Assembly (NCBI GenBank): GCA_002633005.1
Contig: NMRA01000676.1
Coordinates: 1-64,000, forward strand
Origin: Phoronis australis
Lineage: Eukaryota; Animalia; Phoronida
Reading direction: 5' to 3'
Length of the DNA stretch: 64,000 nt
Shown here: in pieces, positions 54,101 to 64,000 of the stretch
How positions within the stretch are numbered: position 1 is the stretch's first letter
Layout: each line of letters begins with the position of its first letter
Position numbers and translations under genes: made by a program
The notes under the pieces: generated by a model
Databases searched by the model: none
What the model was told of the DNA's origin: nothing
What the model saw: only the letters and a program-made list of their open reading frames with translations

Positions 54101-57100
54101 GTGAGGCTGCCTCTGCTACGGAGACGAGCGATCTGATTGGCCAGTTTGGTGTCGGTTTCTACTCCTCTTTCCTTGGTGAGTACCTGGGTTTGGTCAGAAG
54201 TGTGCTACTTACAGGCATTCAGTGGTTATCAGTAGATTTTTGTTTGGTTTTTGTGAACATGTGTTATTAAGTCCTGTATTAACATGGAATCTTTATTAAT
54301 TTTCTGTGTGTTGATTCAAGTAATTTATGTTGAGTGAGTTGTTTTTTATGTGTCTTTTGTCATTAAAAATGTTGAATGATAGCTGGTCTGCATTACTATC
54401 GTATTCGCCGTAATAACCGCCCAGGGCGCTTAGAAAAGTTCGGTTCAGGGGGGGCACTTATTATAACCCAATAACCCAAGGCGGTTGAAACCCGGTCTCC
54501 GAAACGGGTGAAATCAGAAGCTAAGATTCATCAAATTTATGCTCAGTGACGTATCTGTAATCTATGAAAGACTTTCAACAAAACTGTGGTGCATTGTTAT
54601 CAAACTTTGCTGCTAAATTACGATCATTTTACAGAAAATTTTGCTGAAATCCCAGGGCGAAAACTTGCCGACTGACTGCCTCGAAATCGCCGTCTTCGAT
54701 ATGGCGACTTCAATCATTTTATGCTTGAATAAAAATAGTTTCGACTCAAGCAAATTACCTGAAATCCTAATGAAGTTTTCTAAGTAGCGTCCCTAAGAAT
54801 TTTTTAAGTTCCCGTGGAGTCTGGATTAACGGCAGCTTTAAGTACAAATCTTTGCAACATCGTGCCATCTACATGTATGATCGGCAACACGGCGAGAAAA
54901 ATGTCTGGACGAACACACGTTGTTGTCACGTGACGTTTGTTTTGAAGTTCCTCTGCGAGTAAGCGAGCACGTGCGTGTCACCAGAGTTCATTTGCCAAAG
55001 CAGAGACCGTTTTTTGGCCAGAGCCACGCAATCTACCGAGCTATGTGCATTGTGTCTAAAGAGTCAACCAGTAGGCCTAAACCAGAGCGTGTTTCATTCA
55101 GCACTTGCCGGTCTCATGTGCTAATAACGTTCGACATTTGTCTCGGTAAGGCCCATATTAGTCGCCGTGTAGCTGGATGGGTACGTAACTATCTGTAAGG
55201 TTGTGTAAGCATTCACTGTCAGTTGCCATTTTATCGGATATTCGGCTTAAAAACACCAATTATGGTTAATCAAACAATCCACCTCAAAAATAACGCAAAC
55301 ATGTTTTATAGTATTGGAAATTGTCAGAAATTAGTGCCAATATTCATTTCCTACCAATGCTAGGCTACCCGTTTCATGAATGGATAGTTCTCGACTAATG
55401 TCTTTGATGACAGATTCATATATGTAGCGCGCGCTTCCTGGCCACGTGCGTTTAACACCGAGTTATTTTTATTCATGAGACAGTCGATGTGTCTGTACTG
55501 GAAGGTCAGACCATAGTGGGACACAGTCATCGCGCGAGTAGCAATGTTGTTGCGTTCTTTTTGAAGCACTGCGTTACTTTGAAGTGTATAGTTACGGCTA
55601 AATACAAACGTAGCAGTGTCGCTGGTGGTCTAGAAGACCCGTGCAAATTTTTTTTGATAAATTGAAGACGTTACTGTAGCCGAGTTCTAGGACTGTAGGT
55701 ACGTCATTGTTCGCATGTACACGTTCACGGACTGGGCGCTTATTTCAGCAAAGTCTGAAAACGCGTGGGGGGCGCTTATAGGGGCATGGGCGGTTATTAC
55801 GGCGAATACGGTATGCCTTTTTCAGCTAGTAGTTCCATGTAGGAAATCACAGTTTTATGAGTTCATAGTCCCTTTTAGCAGTATTTTTGGCAGGTGTTGT
55901 GAGGGTACAGGCAGCTTTCCATTCATTTACTGCCATTTCACCTCTTGACAAGTCCCTGTTGAACTTGTTTTCCACATCTCTTTCCAGTGGCTGACCGCGT
56001 CGTGGTGACATCCAAGAGCAATGAAGACGACCAGCACGTGTGGGAATCGGACGCTGCCTCATTCAGCGTGGCTAAGGACCCCCGCGGCAACACTCTGGGT
56101 CGCGGCACAACGGTCAGCCTGCACCTGAAGGAGGAGGCGCACGACTTCCTGGAGCCAAACACTATCAAGGACCTTGTTAAGAAGTACAGCCAGTTCATCA
56201 ACTTCAACATCTATCTGTGGACCAGTAAGACTGAGATGGTGGATGAGCCAGTGGAGGAGGAAGAAGAGAAGAAGGAAGAGGCAGATACTGAGGAAGGGAA
56301 AGAGAAAGAGAAGAGTGAGGACGAGGATGAAGATGAGGCTAAGGTAGGACACGTCACTCCAGTTTATGATGTAACATTTTCAATGTTGGGAAAAAATAAT
56401 AGCAAAATTTGCTACTTTTTGCTTCTCATGGTCTACTAACAATGTTGCGAATGCCTGTGAGTTTTTTAAATATTGTCTGTTGGTAGCTGTAGTACAGAAG
56501 TGAAGCATGATGAAACATTACTTTGCCACCTTGCTGCCACGTATCTTGCACAGTGTCGAAAGATGATGCAGAATTCAGTTGAGGAATTAGTAGCCAAAAC
56601 ATTACAAATGAGTGTGCCCATTATAAGTTTGTAGCATTGGTTGTGTAAGCAGTCACATGTTTGCTTCCTAAAGCTACTGTATGTATTAAGTATACTTTTA
56701 GCTCTTTCATTTTTGTCTGTACATGAGCACAACAGTTAATACGTCTATTTTATATCCGGAAACTATTTACGGTATCCCAACTTTTTTCTCGATTCAGGTG
56801 GAGGAGGAGAAAGAAGAAGATAAACCCAAGACTAAGCAGGTAGAGAAGACCACCTGGGACTGGGAGTTGATGAATGGAAACAAGCCCATCTGGACTAGGA
56901 AGTAAGTTTTGGTTGGAGCCGATTGGCACAAGGTGTGAGGCGTGTTGATGGATTGTTTAGGAAAAGAACTTTTGATTTGACTAACGCCTAACATAGACAG
57001 GGGTGGGGAAATTCTTTTGTTTACACTCGCAGATTAATAGATTTCTTTGGTGAAGTTGTTCTTGCCATTTGTATGTTAAAGGAGACTACTAGACAAAGAG

Positions 57101-60100
57101 AGAAAGCAATTTTTCTTCAAATTCCACTGTGGAATGGATGTAATAAGAGAGCTTGAATTGTTTAGAAGTTTGAAACTGGTGGTTCTAATTTTGTTGGTCG
57201 CTATTTCAGACCTGCCGATGTCAAGGACGAGGAATACAATGAGTTCTACAAGTCGTTCAGCCATGACAGTGATGACCCCATTGCCAAGACACACTTCACC
57301 GCTGAAGGAGAGGTCACATTCAAGTCCATCCTATTTGTACCCAAGACATCACCTAGTGACATGTTCCAGAACTACGGCCAGAAGAGAGACTTCATCAAGG
57401 TACGGACATTGCTTTTGTATGTGTGTTATTCAGGTTACAGGAACAACACAGCTCGCACACTTATGAACACGGCTCATCAGACCTGTAAACTTAAACGCAC
57501 AAACTCGTGCTCGCATTCTCAAAACCAGGTTGATGTTTACAAAAAATATGATGCACAGATTCTCATCCACTAACAAACACTGCTAATGGATGACAAACGT
57601 GGCTCCGGCACTTGTAAACATGCCCCAAAGACTCTACTACTCATTCATGTATTTGTTAGTGAACGTGAGGCTGTCATCTATACTTTTTGGGTGCGTATGC
57701 ATGTTTTGGGTTGTGCACAAGGAAGCGTTTGAGTGAACTGGGTGCTAGTTTGTTTTAGAGACTTGGTAATCTTATTGTTCAAAGGGGTGATGATTTGCAT
57801 AATGCATGGGGTGCTGACCAAAGAGTGTGTTTTATTGTCTAACTTTTGCATTGTTCACGCTAAGATTGTGACTCCCAATGTCATGTACCATAACAAAAGT
57901 CTGCTAAATGATATCTACGCCATTCACTCACCTGTTTCACACGTCTCCCCACAGATGTACGTCCGACGTGTCTTCATCACCGACGACTTCAGCGACATGA
58001 TGCCCAAGTACCTGTCGTTTGTGCGTGGCGTGGTTGACTCCGATGACCTGCCGCTGAATGTGTCTCGTGAGACGCTTCAACAACACAAACTGCTGAAGGT
58101 GATCAAGAAGAAGCTGGTGCGCAAGACATTGGACATGATCAAGAAGATCGACAAGGAGGAGTATACAAAGTTCTACAAGGAGTACAGTACAAAGTGAGTG
58201 GGATGGTCTGTCTGCCAGTATTGGTAGAGCTTTGATGGTACTGGGATTTTCCGTAGATAAACCCACCCGGAAAATTATGCCATGGACGTTTATTTGGTGT
58301 TACAACTTCTGGTGTTCAGATTATGGGGGCGTTAATTCGGAAAATGTCCTCTTAAAAGCCCACTCAGTGTCAACTTTTAGCCACAAATTCAGTTTTGTGG
58401 AGTGTTTATCATTTAGAAAAACGAACAAGGTGTTGGCGAGCTGTGTATTGAATAATTTAAAATTAAAAAACTTTATGCAAAACAGTTGCTGATATTTTCA
58501 TATCACCCAAGGCTGTGTCTTTCCATTTATACTCCCCTTTCTGAATAAATGCCTGGGTGTTTAATTGGTGTTACTGAAATGCCTGAAAATTTTCATTTTC
58601 GAAATACTTGGCCATGGGCTTAGCTACGGAAAACCCCAGTATGAGAAGCGTCGAGTTTGTATTAAAAACCAATATGGCCATGCACAGTTTGTGCTGTGTA
58701 ATGAAGTGTTAGCAATTTTCAATCATTGTCATTTTCGGGAAGTTATTGATCCTACCTAACATTTTAAACAGAATAAAATGAAAAAGGCTGGGAGTTTAGA
58801 GTTCAAGCAGCCCAGGTGCAAATCTGTCTAAAATGTAGTACATTATAGAACTTCTAACCCCTTTTGCCTACCATTACAGCTTGAAGCTGGGTGTGATTGA
58901 GGACCACGCTAACCGCACACGTCTTGCCAAGCTGCTGCGCTTCTACTCGTCTCATTCTGAGGAGGAACAGACTAGTCTGGCAGAGTACGTGGAGCGAATG
59001 AAGGAGAAACAGGACGCCATCTACTTTGTGGCTGGCGGCTCGATGGAGGAAGTGAAGCGCTCCGTCTTCGCTGAACGCCTGCTGAAGAAGGGCTTGGAGG
59101 TGCTGTATCTGACCGAACCCATTGATGAGTACTGCATCCAGTCGCTCCCAGAGTTTGACGGCAAGAAGTTCCAGAATATTGCCAAGGAGGGCCTGAAGCT
59201 GGCCACTAAGAATAAGGAAGAGTTGGAGAAGGAATATGAACCATTCACTACCTGGCTCAAGGACAATGCACTCAAAGATCTGGTCAGTGTCTACGCTAAT
59301 CACATACAAACGCGCGTTTTCATTTTAACTGTGGGGGAACATTATATACATACAACAGAGATATCAGCCATCAGAATTCGTTTTTTAAAGCTGTCTTTGT
59401 TGAGGGGAAAATAAAAATGCTAACTACAGTTGCTGACTAAAACACTGAGAAAAAATCTGTGCTCAAGATTGCTAAAAGCATCAAAAATTTGTGTAAAAAT
59501 GAATGAAAATGTACCCTGTAATTAAATCACCCCAAGCAACTTGCATATTTAGCACACATTGTGTTTAAGGAAATCTGAGTAGCAATGGAAATTCACAAGG
59601 TACGTTATTATTAAGAGATTGATTGTTAGTGTGACATTGACAGTATCCCCCAACAATTGAAATATGGCACATGGTAATGTGGTACAATTGTTGTCAAGTA
59701 TGTGTTAACATTCTTGAAACGGAGAACCTTGGAGGACCTATGATTAATTCATTACGGTAACAATTTCTGCTCGATTAGAATCAAAGCCATATTATTTTTT
59801 GCGAGTCTCATTGTTCAATAGCAGACAACGGCAGTATAGTTTTTTCTGCTTTTAGCTTGAACGCGTGAAGATGTAAAGCATGTTGCTATTGCTTCCAACT
59901 GCCAAGAACCAGTTAGTCGGCTCTGAATTGTTGAAGTATTTTTACTTTGATTCATTTGTGAAATGTTGTTTTGTTTCAACTTCAGATTGAGAAAGCCGTC
60001 GTGTCTGACCGCCTTGCCAGTTCCCCTATGGCCCTTGTAGCCAGCCAGTACGGACAGTCTGGCAATATGGAGCGCATCCAGAGAGCCCAGGCTTATGCCA

Positions 60101-63100
60101 AGGCGCAGGACCCCTCACAGACGTAAGTAGTCACTTTATAGTCTCTGATGCTTTAGCATCTTACAAGCTGCCAGATAGCCGAGGAGAGCTGAGTCTTATA
60201 GTTAAGCCCAATTTTGATTGTGAAAGACTTCCGTCTAATTTGTAATGGTAGTTTCTTTATTTAAGTGTTGATGGTCAAATGCACGAGAATAAATACAAGT
60301 TCCCAAAAGACCTCTGACCGCTGTGTCTGTACATCTTCAAGTAGAGTACAGTGAAGTTAGAATTATGACATATCCATTGCTCAACAATGGCACCATGATT
60401 TGTGTAATGTTAACTAGCGTGTACCCAATGCTGAGCTATTAAATGTAGCTGAAAGCCCACTGGAGACCTTCAGAAATGGATATAAATCAAAAGAATGGGA
60501 GGAAAATTCTTGTTCAGTGCATTAGTACTAACCAAATCAAATTTCCTTGACAGGTTTAGAAAACAGCAAATGGTCTTACCAGTTATATTTCGCCTCTTTT
60601 TAAATTCCTCTAACAACAACAGCAAATCATCTACCGTCTTCTTCTCTTAGTTTTTTACCTAATGGCATCATGTAGTAACACGAATGCCGGCTTGATTTCG
60701 GTTCAGTTATGTTTGCAATTTCGACACGTGCGGGTTAATGTTTGACGTGCAATTTCAATGTGAAGTTGTATGGCACTTGATTCTACATTTTCGCTGTGCG
60801 GACTTCCAACCCTATTCAAGGGCTGGTGTACGTATATACTACCCGGGTCCCGTTGTGTCTGATCATGTAATACATGGCTTGTTTCTTTTATTTCCAGTTT
60901 CTACTCATCCCAGAAGAAGACTCTGGAGATCAATCCTCGCCACCCTCTTATCCGTAAGCTGAAGGAGAGTATGGAGAAGAACGCTGACGATCTGAAGGCC
61001 AAGGACACGGCCATGTTGATGTTCAACTCTGCTACACTACGCTCTGGCTTCCAGCCTTCTGATCCCAGCACAGTTGCGGACCGCATGGAGAAATTGTTGA
61101 GGGAGAGCTTGGGAATCGGCGCTGACGAGCAGGTGGGTGGGGCAGCCGGGGTGGTCTAGGGTGTGGACGGTCAGGGTTGAAGCTGGATGGCGAGGAATGG
61201 GTGTTACTCGTGTTGTTGACAAACAGACTTGGAGTTTTGTGCGATAACCAGTGACCTGAGTCTTTTGCTTTGAATGATTTGTCTCGATCCTAATATTGGT
61301 AGTAGTTGTGGTGCTGCAAGATAGTTGGATCACTTGATTTTTCTGAGGTTTAACTTCAATCAGTTTGGTTCTTGAGATTCTGGGAATGCATGCTTTGGAA
61401 CTGAAATGCTCTGAAATAATGTATGAAGTGCCGTTAGTACACTTTGAGAGCCATTATACGTCTCCGTGGTCAAAACTAGTTTCGTTTTCGTACATACATT
61501 TTTTTGCAAATGTCTTATTTTTGTGTCAAGTTCATTTGTCCAAGTGCTTGATCATGTCGTTCATAACACTTCCTCACTTCTTGTGCAGGTGTCAAGTTCA
61601 TTTGTCCAAGTGCTTGATCATGTCGTTCATAACACTTCCTCACTTCTTGTGCAGGTGGAGGAGGAACCTGAAGAGGACGAGGAAGCCAGTGAAGAAGAGG
61701 AGAATGAAGAAGTGAGCGACGAGGATGAGGAAGATGAGGCTGGGAACAAGTCGGAAGAGAAATCTGAAGAAACGTCCGAGGAACCGCCAACTGCCGATAA
61801 AGCCGAAGAGGAGATAGCTGCAAAAGTAAGTGAATCCTAGTCTTTATTTAGCTCTTAATTTTCGAGAGCTCAATCAAGTGTGGGGAGTTCTTTGGGGAGG
61901 AAATTTTAAATGGGCTGGGTGGTGCGTTGGTCTCTCGGGGTGAGTGGGTAGGGAGTTGAATGAGGAATGAATGAGTTACCGCTATCCGGGACGGTCCATG
62001 GAGAAAGACTGGCGGCCAACCAAGGTTGAACAGGTTTGAATTGTCCCCCGATCTTGTGCACCGTGTGTTTTGAACTAATAGAGAGTCAGGAATCCATGAG
62101 ACTGATGAGCTTAACTGTTAACATATTTACAAGTGGATTTTGAATACATTTTGAAGTTTGAAAATTCAATGCAGTGAGTATGCTGAAATCTCGTTGGTTG
62201 CTGACTCGCTGCCTCACAAGCGTTTGATTAACCTGTCCTTGTAGATAAGCGATTTTCTGTTAAATTTTTAGGTTTAATTCAGAGAAAAAAGTGTAGGCAT
62301 TCATCAGTATCTCACTTTTTTTGTCATCTTGGCCATTTTATTGTTGAGAAAGTCTAGTGAACGCGCTTGGAAATTTCGTAACGGTTATGATTGTGTTTAA
62401 TCGGATTTAAAATTTGAAATATTTGAAGCTGAAATTATTTCTGGTAAAGGTGTTCGTTTTAACTGACGTGTTAATTCTGCCATGCCTGATTGTGTGTCTT
62501 GCTTTCAAAAGAATCCATATCCAAAACTGGCGGTCCGTCACAATTTTGCAAAGCATGTTGTCTTGTTTTTGGCTGATGTTCGCTTTTGTCTGTCAGGTTA
62601 ATTCATAGAAAGTTATTGTTTGTTCACTCACTCAGTTTGCAGCCTATATATATTCTTTTAAGCATGAAGCTACTGTTAAAACTTGTCTAAAATGTCCCCA
62701 GCTATTTCAAATTCTCGAGTAGACAAAGATTTCCAACTTTTTCTCTTCCAAAACTGCCCCTTATCCGCATCGTAACCTTCCCATCACAGCCTGGGTAGAT
62801 CTTTAATACGAGTAGTAAAATTAACAATGGAGCGTTTAACGTCAGCCATAGACTGCCACTGGACTCAATTATCAATAGTCGCCTGGCACCCGTACACACA
62901 CGCAATCAGGTAGGCGAGAGGAACCAGAAACTCGAAATCCACGCACAAAGCTTTTGTTCAACATCACCGTTTCTTTTGCTTGAATCTGCGAAAAGGTCTA
63001 CTTGTTTTTTTTTGCTGAATATCCCAATTCTTTGTTGTGGACAGGCCGTTTCCACTTGCCTTGTACTCTTAAGCCCAGGACAAAACTGTGTGTCCTCCAT

Positions 63101-63466
63101 GTCATTTGACAAGTCCAGCCCGAAAATTGGAGTTGGACCACCTGTCTACACACAACAAGTATTTGTACACGAATGATCAGGGAGTGTGTAGACACGGCTT
63201 TATTTCTAGTTACATTCATTTACAACAGAGGATGCTACACACGTGTAGTCCACAGTAAAGTGACAAGGCAGGCCAATCTTTTACCGCATCCAAAATCTTG
63301 AACAATAATATTCAGTTCAAAGAATGATTCTTTTGAGAAATGAGAGTTTGGATTTTGGGTTATTTCTGTTTCCTCTTGAGGTGATCCAGTTTTCAATGTT
63401 TTGATTCGCACGGTGTGTATACTTTGTGTTTTACAGCCTGAAGAAGAGTCGCATGACGAGTTATAA
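45162..63466 (+). CDS. HSP90B1: Endoplasmin / GRP94 (ER HSP90), 14 exons, 824 aa, C-terminal HDEL
   Basis: Phase-consistent exons 45162-45213, 47763-47862, 52649-52790, 53435-53551, 53977-54175, 55988-56343, 56798-56901, 57210-57399, 57955-58193, 58880-59282, 59986-60122, 60898-61132, 61655-61825, 63437-63466 (2475 nt). Signal peptide [18 protein letters not shown]; GRP94-specific [15 protein letters not shown]; HSP90 signatures [74 protein letters not shown]; ends PEEESHDEL*. Confidence 0.98.
45547..46060. mobile_element. Foldback MITE (~510 bp, long imperfect TIRs) in HSP90B1 intron 1; solo right-arm fragment at ~46548-46620
   Basis: The left arm (ctagtagagacagtggagctcctatag...gagggacaccttagg...gcagtccctcgttcagttc) is the reverse complement of the right arm (gaactgaacgagggactgc...cctaaggtgtccctcta...ctataggaactccacagtctctactgg). 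Confidence 0.8.
46738..47223. mobile_element. Non-autonomous hAT-like DNA transposon (486 bp)
   Basis: Perfect 13-bp TIRs CAGGGCTTGGAAT / ATTCCAAGCCCTG, a 6-bp flanking duplication TTAATT and a CpG-rich interior. Confidence 0.85.
47237..47288. repeat. 21-bp tandem repeat (~2.5 copies)
   Basis: ctgcatttctgttatttgtt repeated. Confidence 0.7.
49741..50564. repeat. 400-bp near-identical duplication across an N gap (49741-50140 = 50165-50564); probable assembly/haplotype artefact
   Basis: About 3 SNPs between the copies; the first copy ends exactly at the N at 50141. Confidence 0.85.
51136..51851. mobile_element. Foldback/MITE-like element with long degenerate TIRs in HSP90B1 intron 2
   Basis: atcaaagtacgtaaac...gttaacggactgctaaacacggtgtc...gtacctgcaaacac versus gtgtttgcaggtac...gacactgtgttaagcagtccgctaac...gtttaggtaccttgat (reverse complement). 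Confidence 0.7.
54399..55811. mobile_element. Non-autonomous Tc1/mariner-superfamily transposon (~1.4 kb) in HSP90B1 intron 5
   Basis: ~24-bp TIRs (T/C)CGTATTCGCCGTAATAACCGCCC / GGGCGGTTATTACGGCGAATACGG, flanked by TA on both sides, with subterminal gggcgctta repeats. No transposase ORF. Confidence 0.88.
58241..58639. mobile_element. MITE (family A, copy 2) in HSP90B1 intron 9
   Basis: TIRs CTGGGATTTTCCGTAG / CTACGGAAAACCCCAG with a TA TSD; homologous to 3891-4322. Confidence 0.85.
61523..61654 (+). repeat. Perfect 66-bp tandem duplication of the HSP90B1 exon-13 splice acceptor
   Basis: 61523-61588 is identical to 61589-61654; both end ...cttcctcacttcttgtgcag|GTG. Confidence 0.95.
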
Positions 63467-63981
63467 TGTAGAGGGAGCTGGTGTAGGCCAGTAGTCACAT
63501 GTTTTACTCATCAGAGCAACGCTAGAACACTCTCACCGCTGTTGTACAACTGACGTCATAGGATTTTATATGAACGACACCGCTGATAATAGTTTTCTGT
63601 AGAATCGCATTTAACTCGTGACCAGCATCAATGTGCCGAAAACGGGATCTGCCACTAGTGGCTCTGCAATAGCTTGGGAAACGTAGAGTTTTGGAAGTTC
63701 CAAGTGCTCGGCTCACATTCCACCAGTCGTGTTGGAAATCATCACATTTTATGTTGTCTTTTTTCATTGTCTTTATTTAGTCATTTTGTTTGTGTTTTGT
63801 TATGGAGTGCAGATAACTGCAGCTATGTTGGGAATCCATGCCAAAATGTTGTGGTGTTATGGAAGAATGTCAAGGAATGTCCATTTAGGATTTTGTTTCC
63901 GAACTGTACTTTCAATTTAAAGTTGTTTCATGAAATGTTTTGTTTGGGAGACAAAATATTATATCAAAAATTAAAAATGTT

Positions 63982-63987
63982 AATAAA
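63982..63987 (+). terminator. Putative polyadenylation signal of HSP90B1
   Basis: AATAAA ~515 nt after the stop codon, following a U-rich 3'UTR. Confidence 0.55.
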
Positions 63988-64000
63988 ATGTTTCTATTTA

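Noticed and set aside
55938-59309. Several minus-strand ORFs (55938-56352, 57937-58266, 58854-59309)
   Set aside because: Antisense shadows of codon-biased HSP90B1 exons.
62600-63250. Short ORFs in the last HSP90B1 intron
   Set aside because: No homology or consistent splice structure; lengths are as expected by chance.

Overview
AT-rich (roughly 37% GC by eye) eukaryotic genomic DNA from an intron-rich invertebrate-like animal, with single-N scaffold joins at 7958, 22870, 28264 and 50141. I built five protein-coding gene models by hand. (1) A single-coding-exon, divergent POFUT2-like O-fucosyltransferase (-, 5675-7063). (2) An orphan basic 247-aa ORF (-, 9408-10151). (3) A 6-exon secreted protein with a PAN/apple domain, an unrecognised Cys/Trp-rich domain and a truncated EGF-like tail (+, 13412-17428). 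(4) A 16-coding-exon TTC41/GNN-like DUF4062-NACHT-TPR gene (-, 18586-39982, ~1533 aa). (5) A complete 14-exon HSP90B1/GRP94 (endoplasmin) gene (+, 45162-63466, 824 aa, HDEL). Genes 4 and 5 lie head-to-head around a promoter with three ERSE-type elements, the same pairing as mammalian TTC41(P)/HSP90B1. There is a perfect RFX X-box upstream of the TTC41-like coding exons. GRP94 has a 66-bp tandem duplication of a splice acceptor, giving a possible in-frame +22 aa isoform, and substitutions in the normally conserved client-binding segment. Introns hold many non-autonomous DNA transposons/MITEs and minisatellites, plus two haplotype-type assembly duplications. No tRNA, rRNA or CRISPR array is supported. 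All family assignments come from motif recognition and recall, not database searches.
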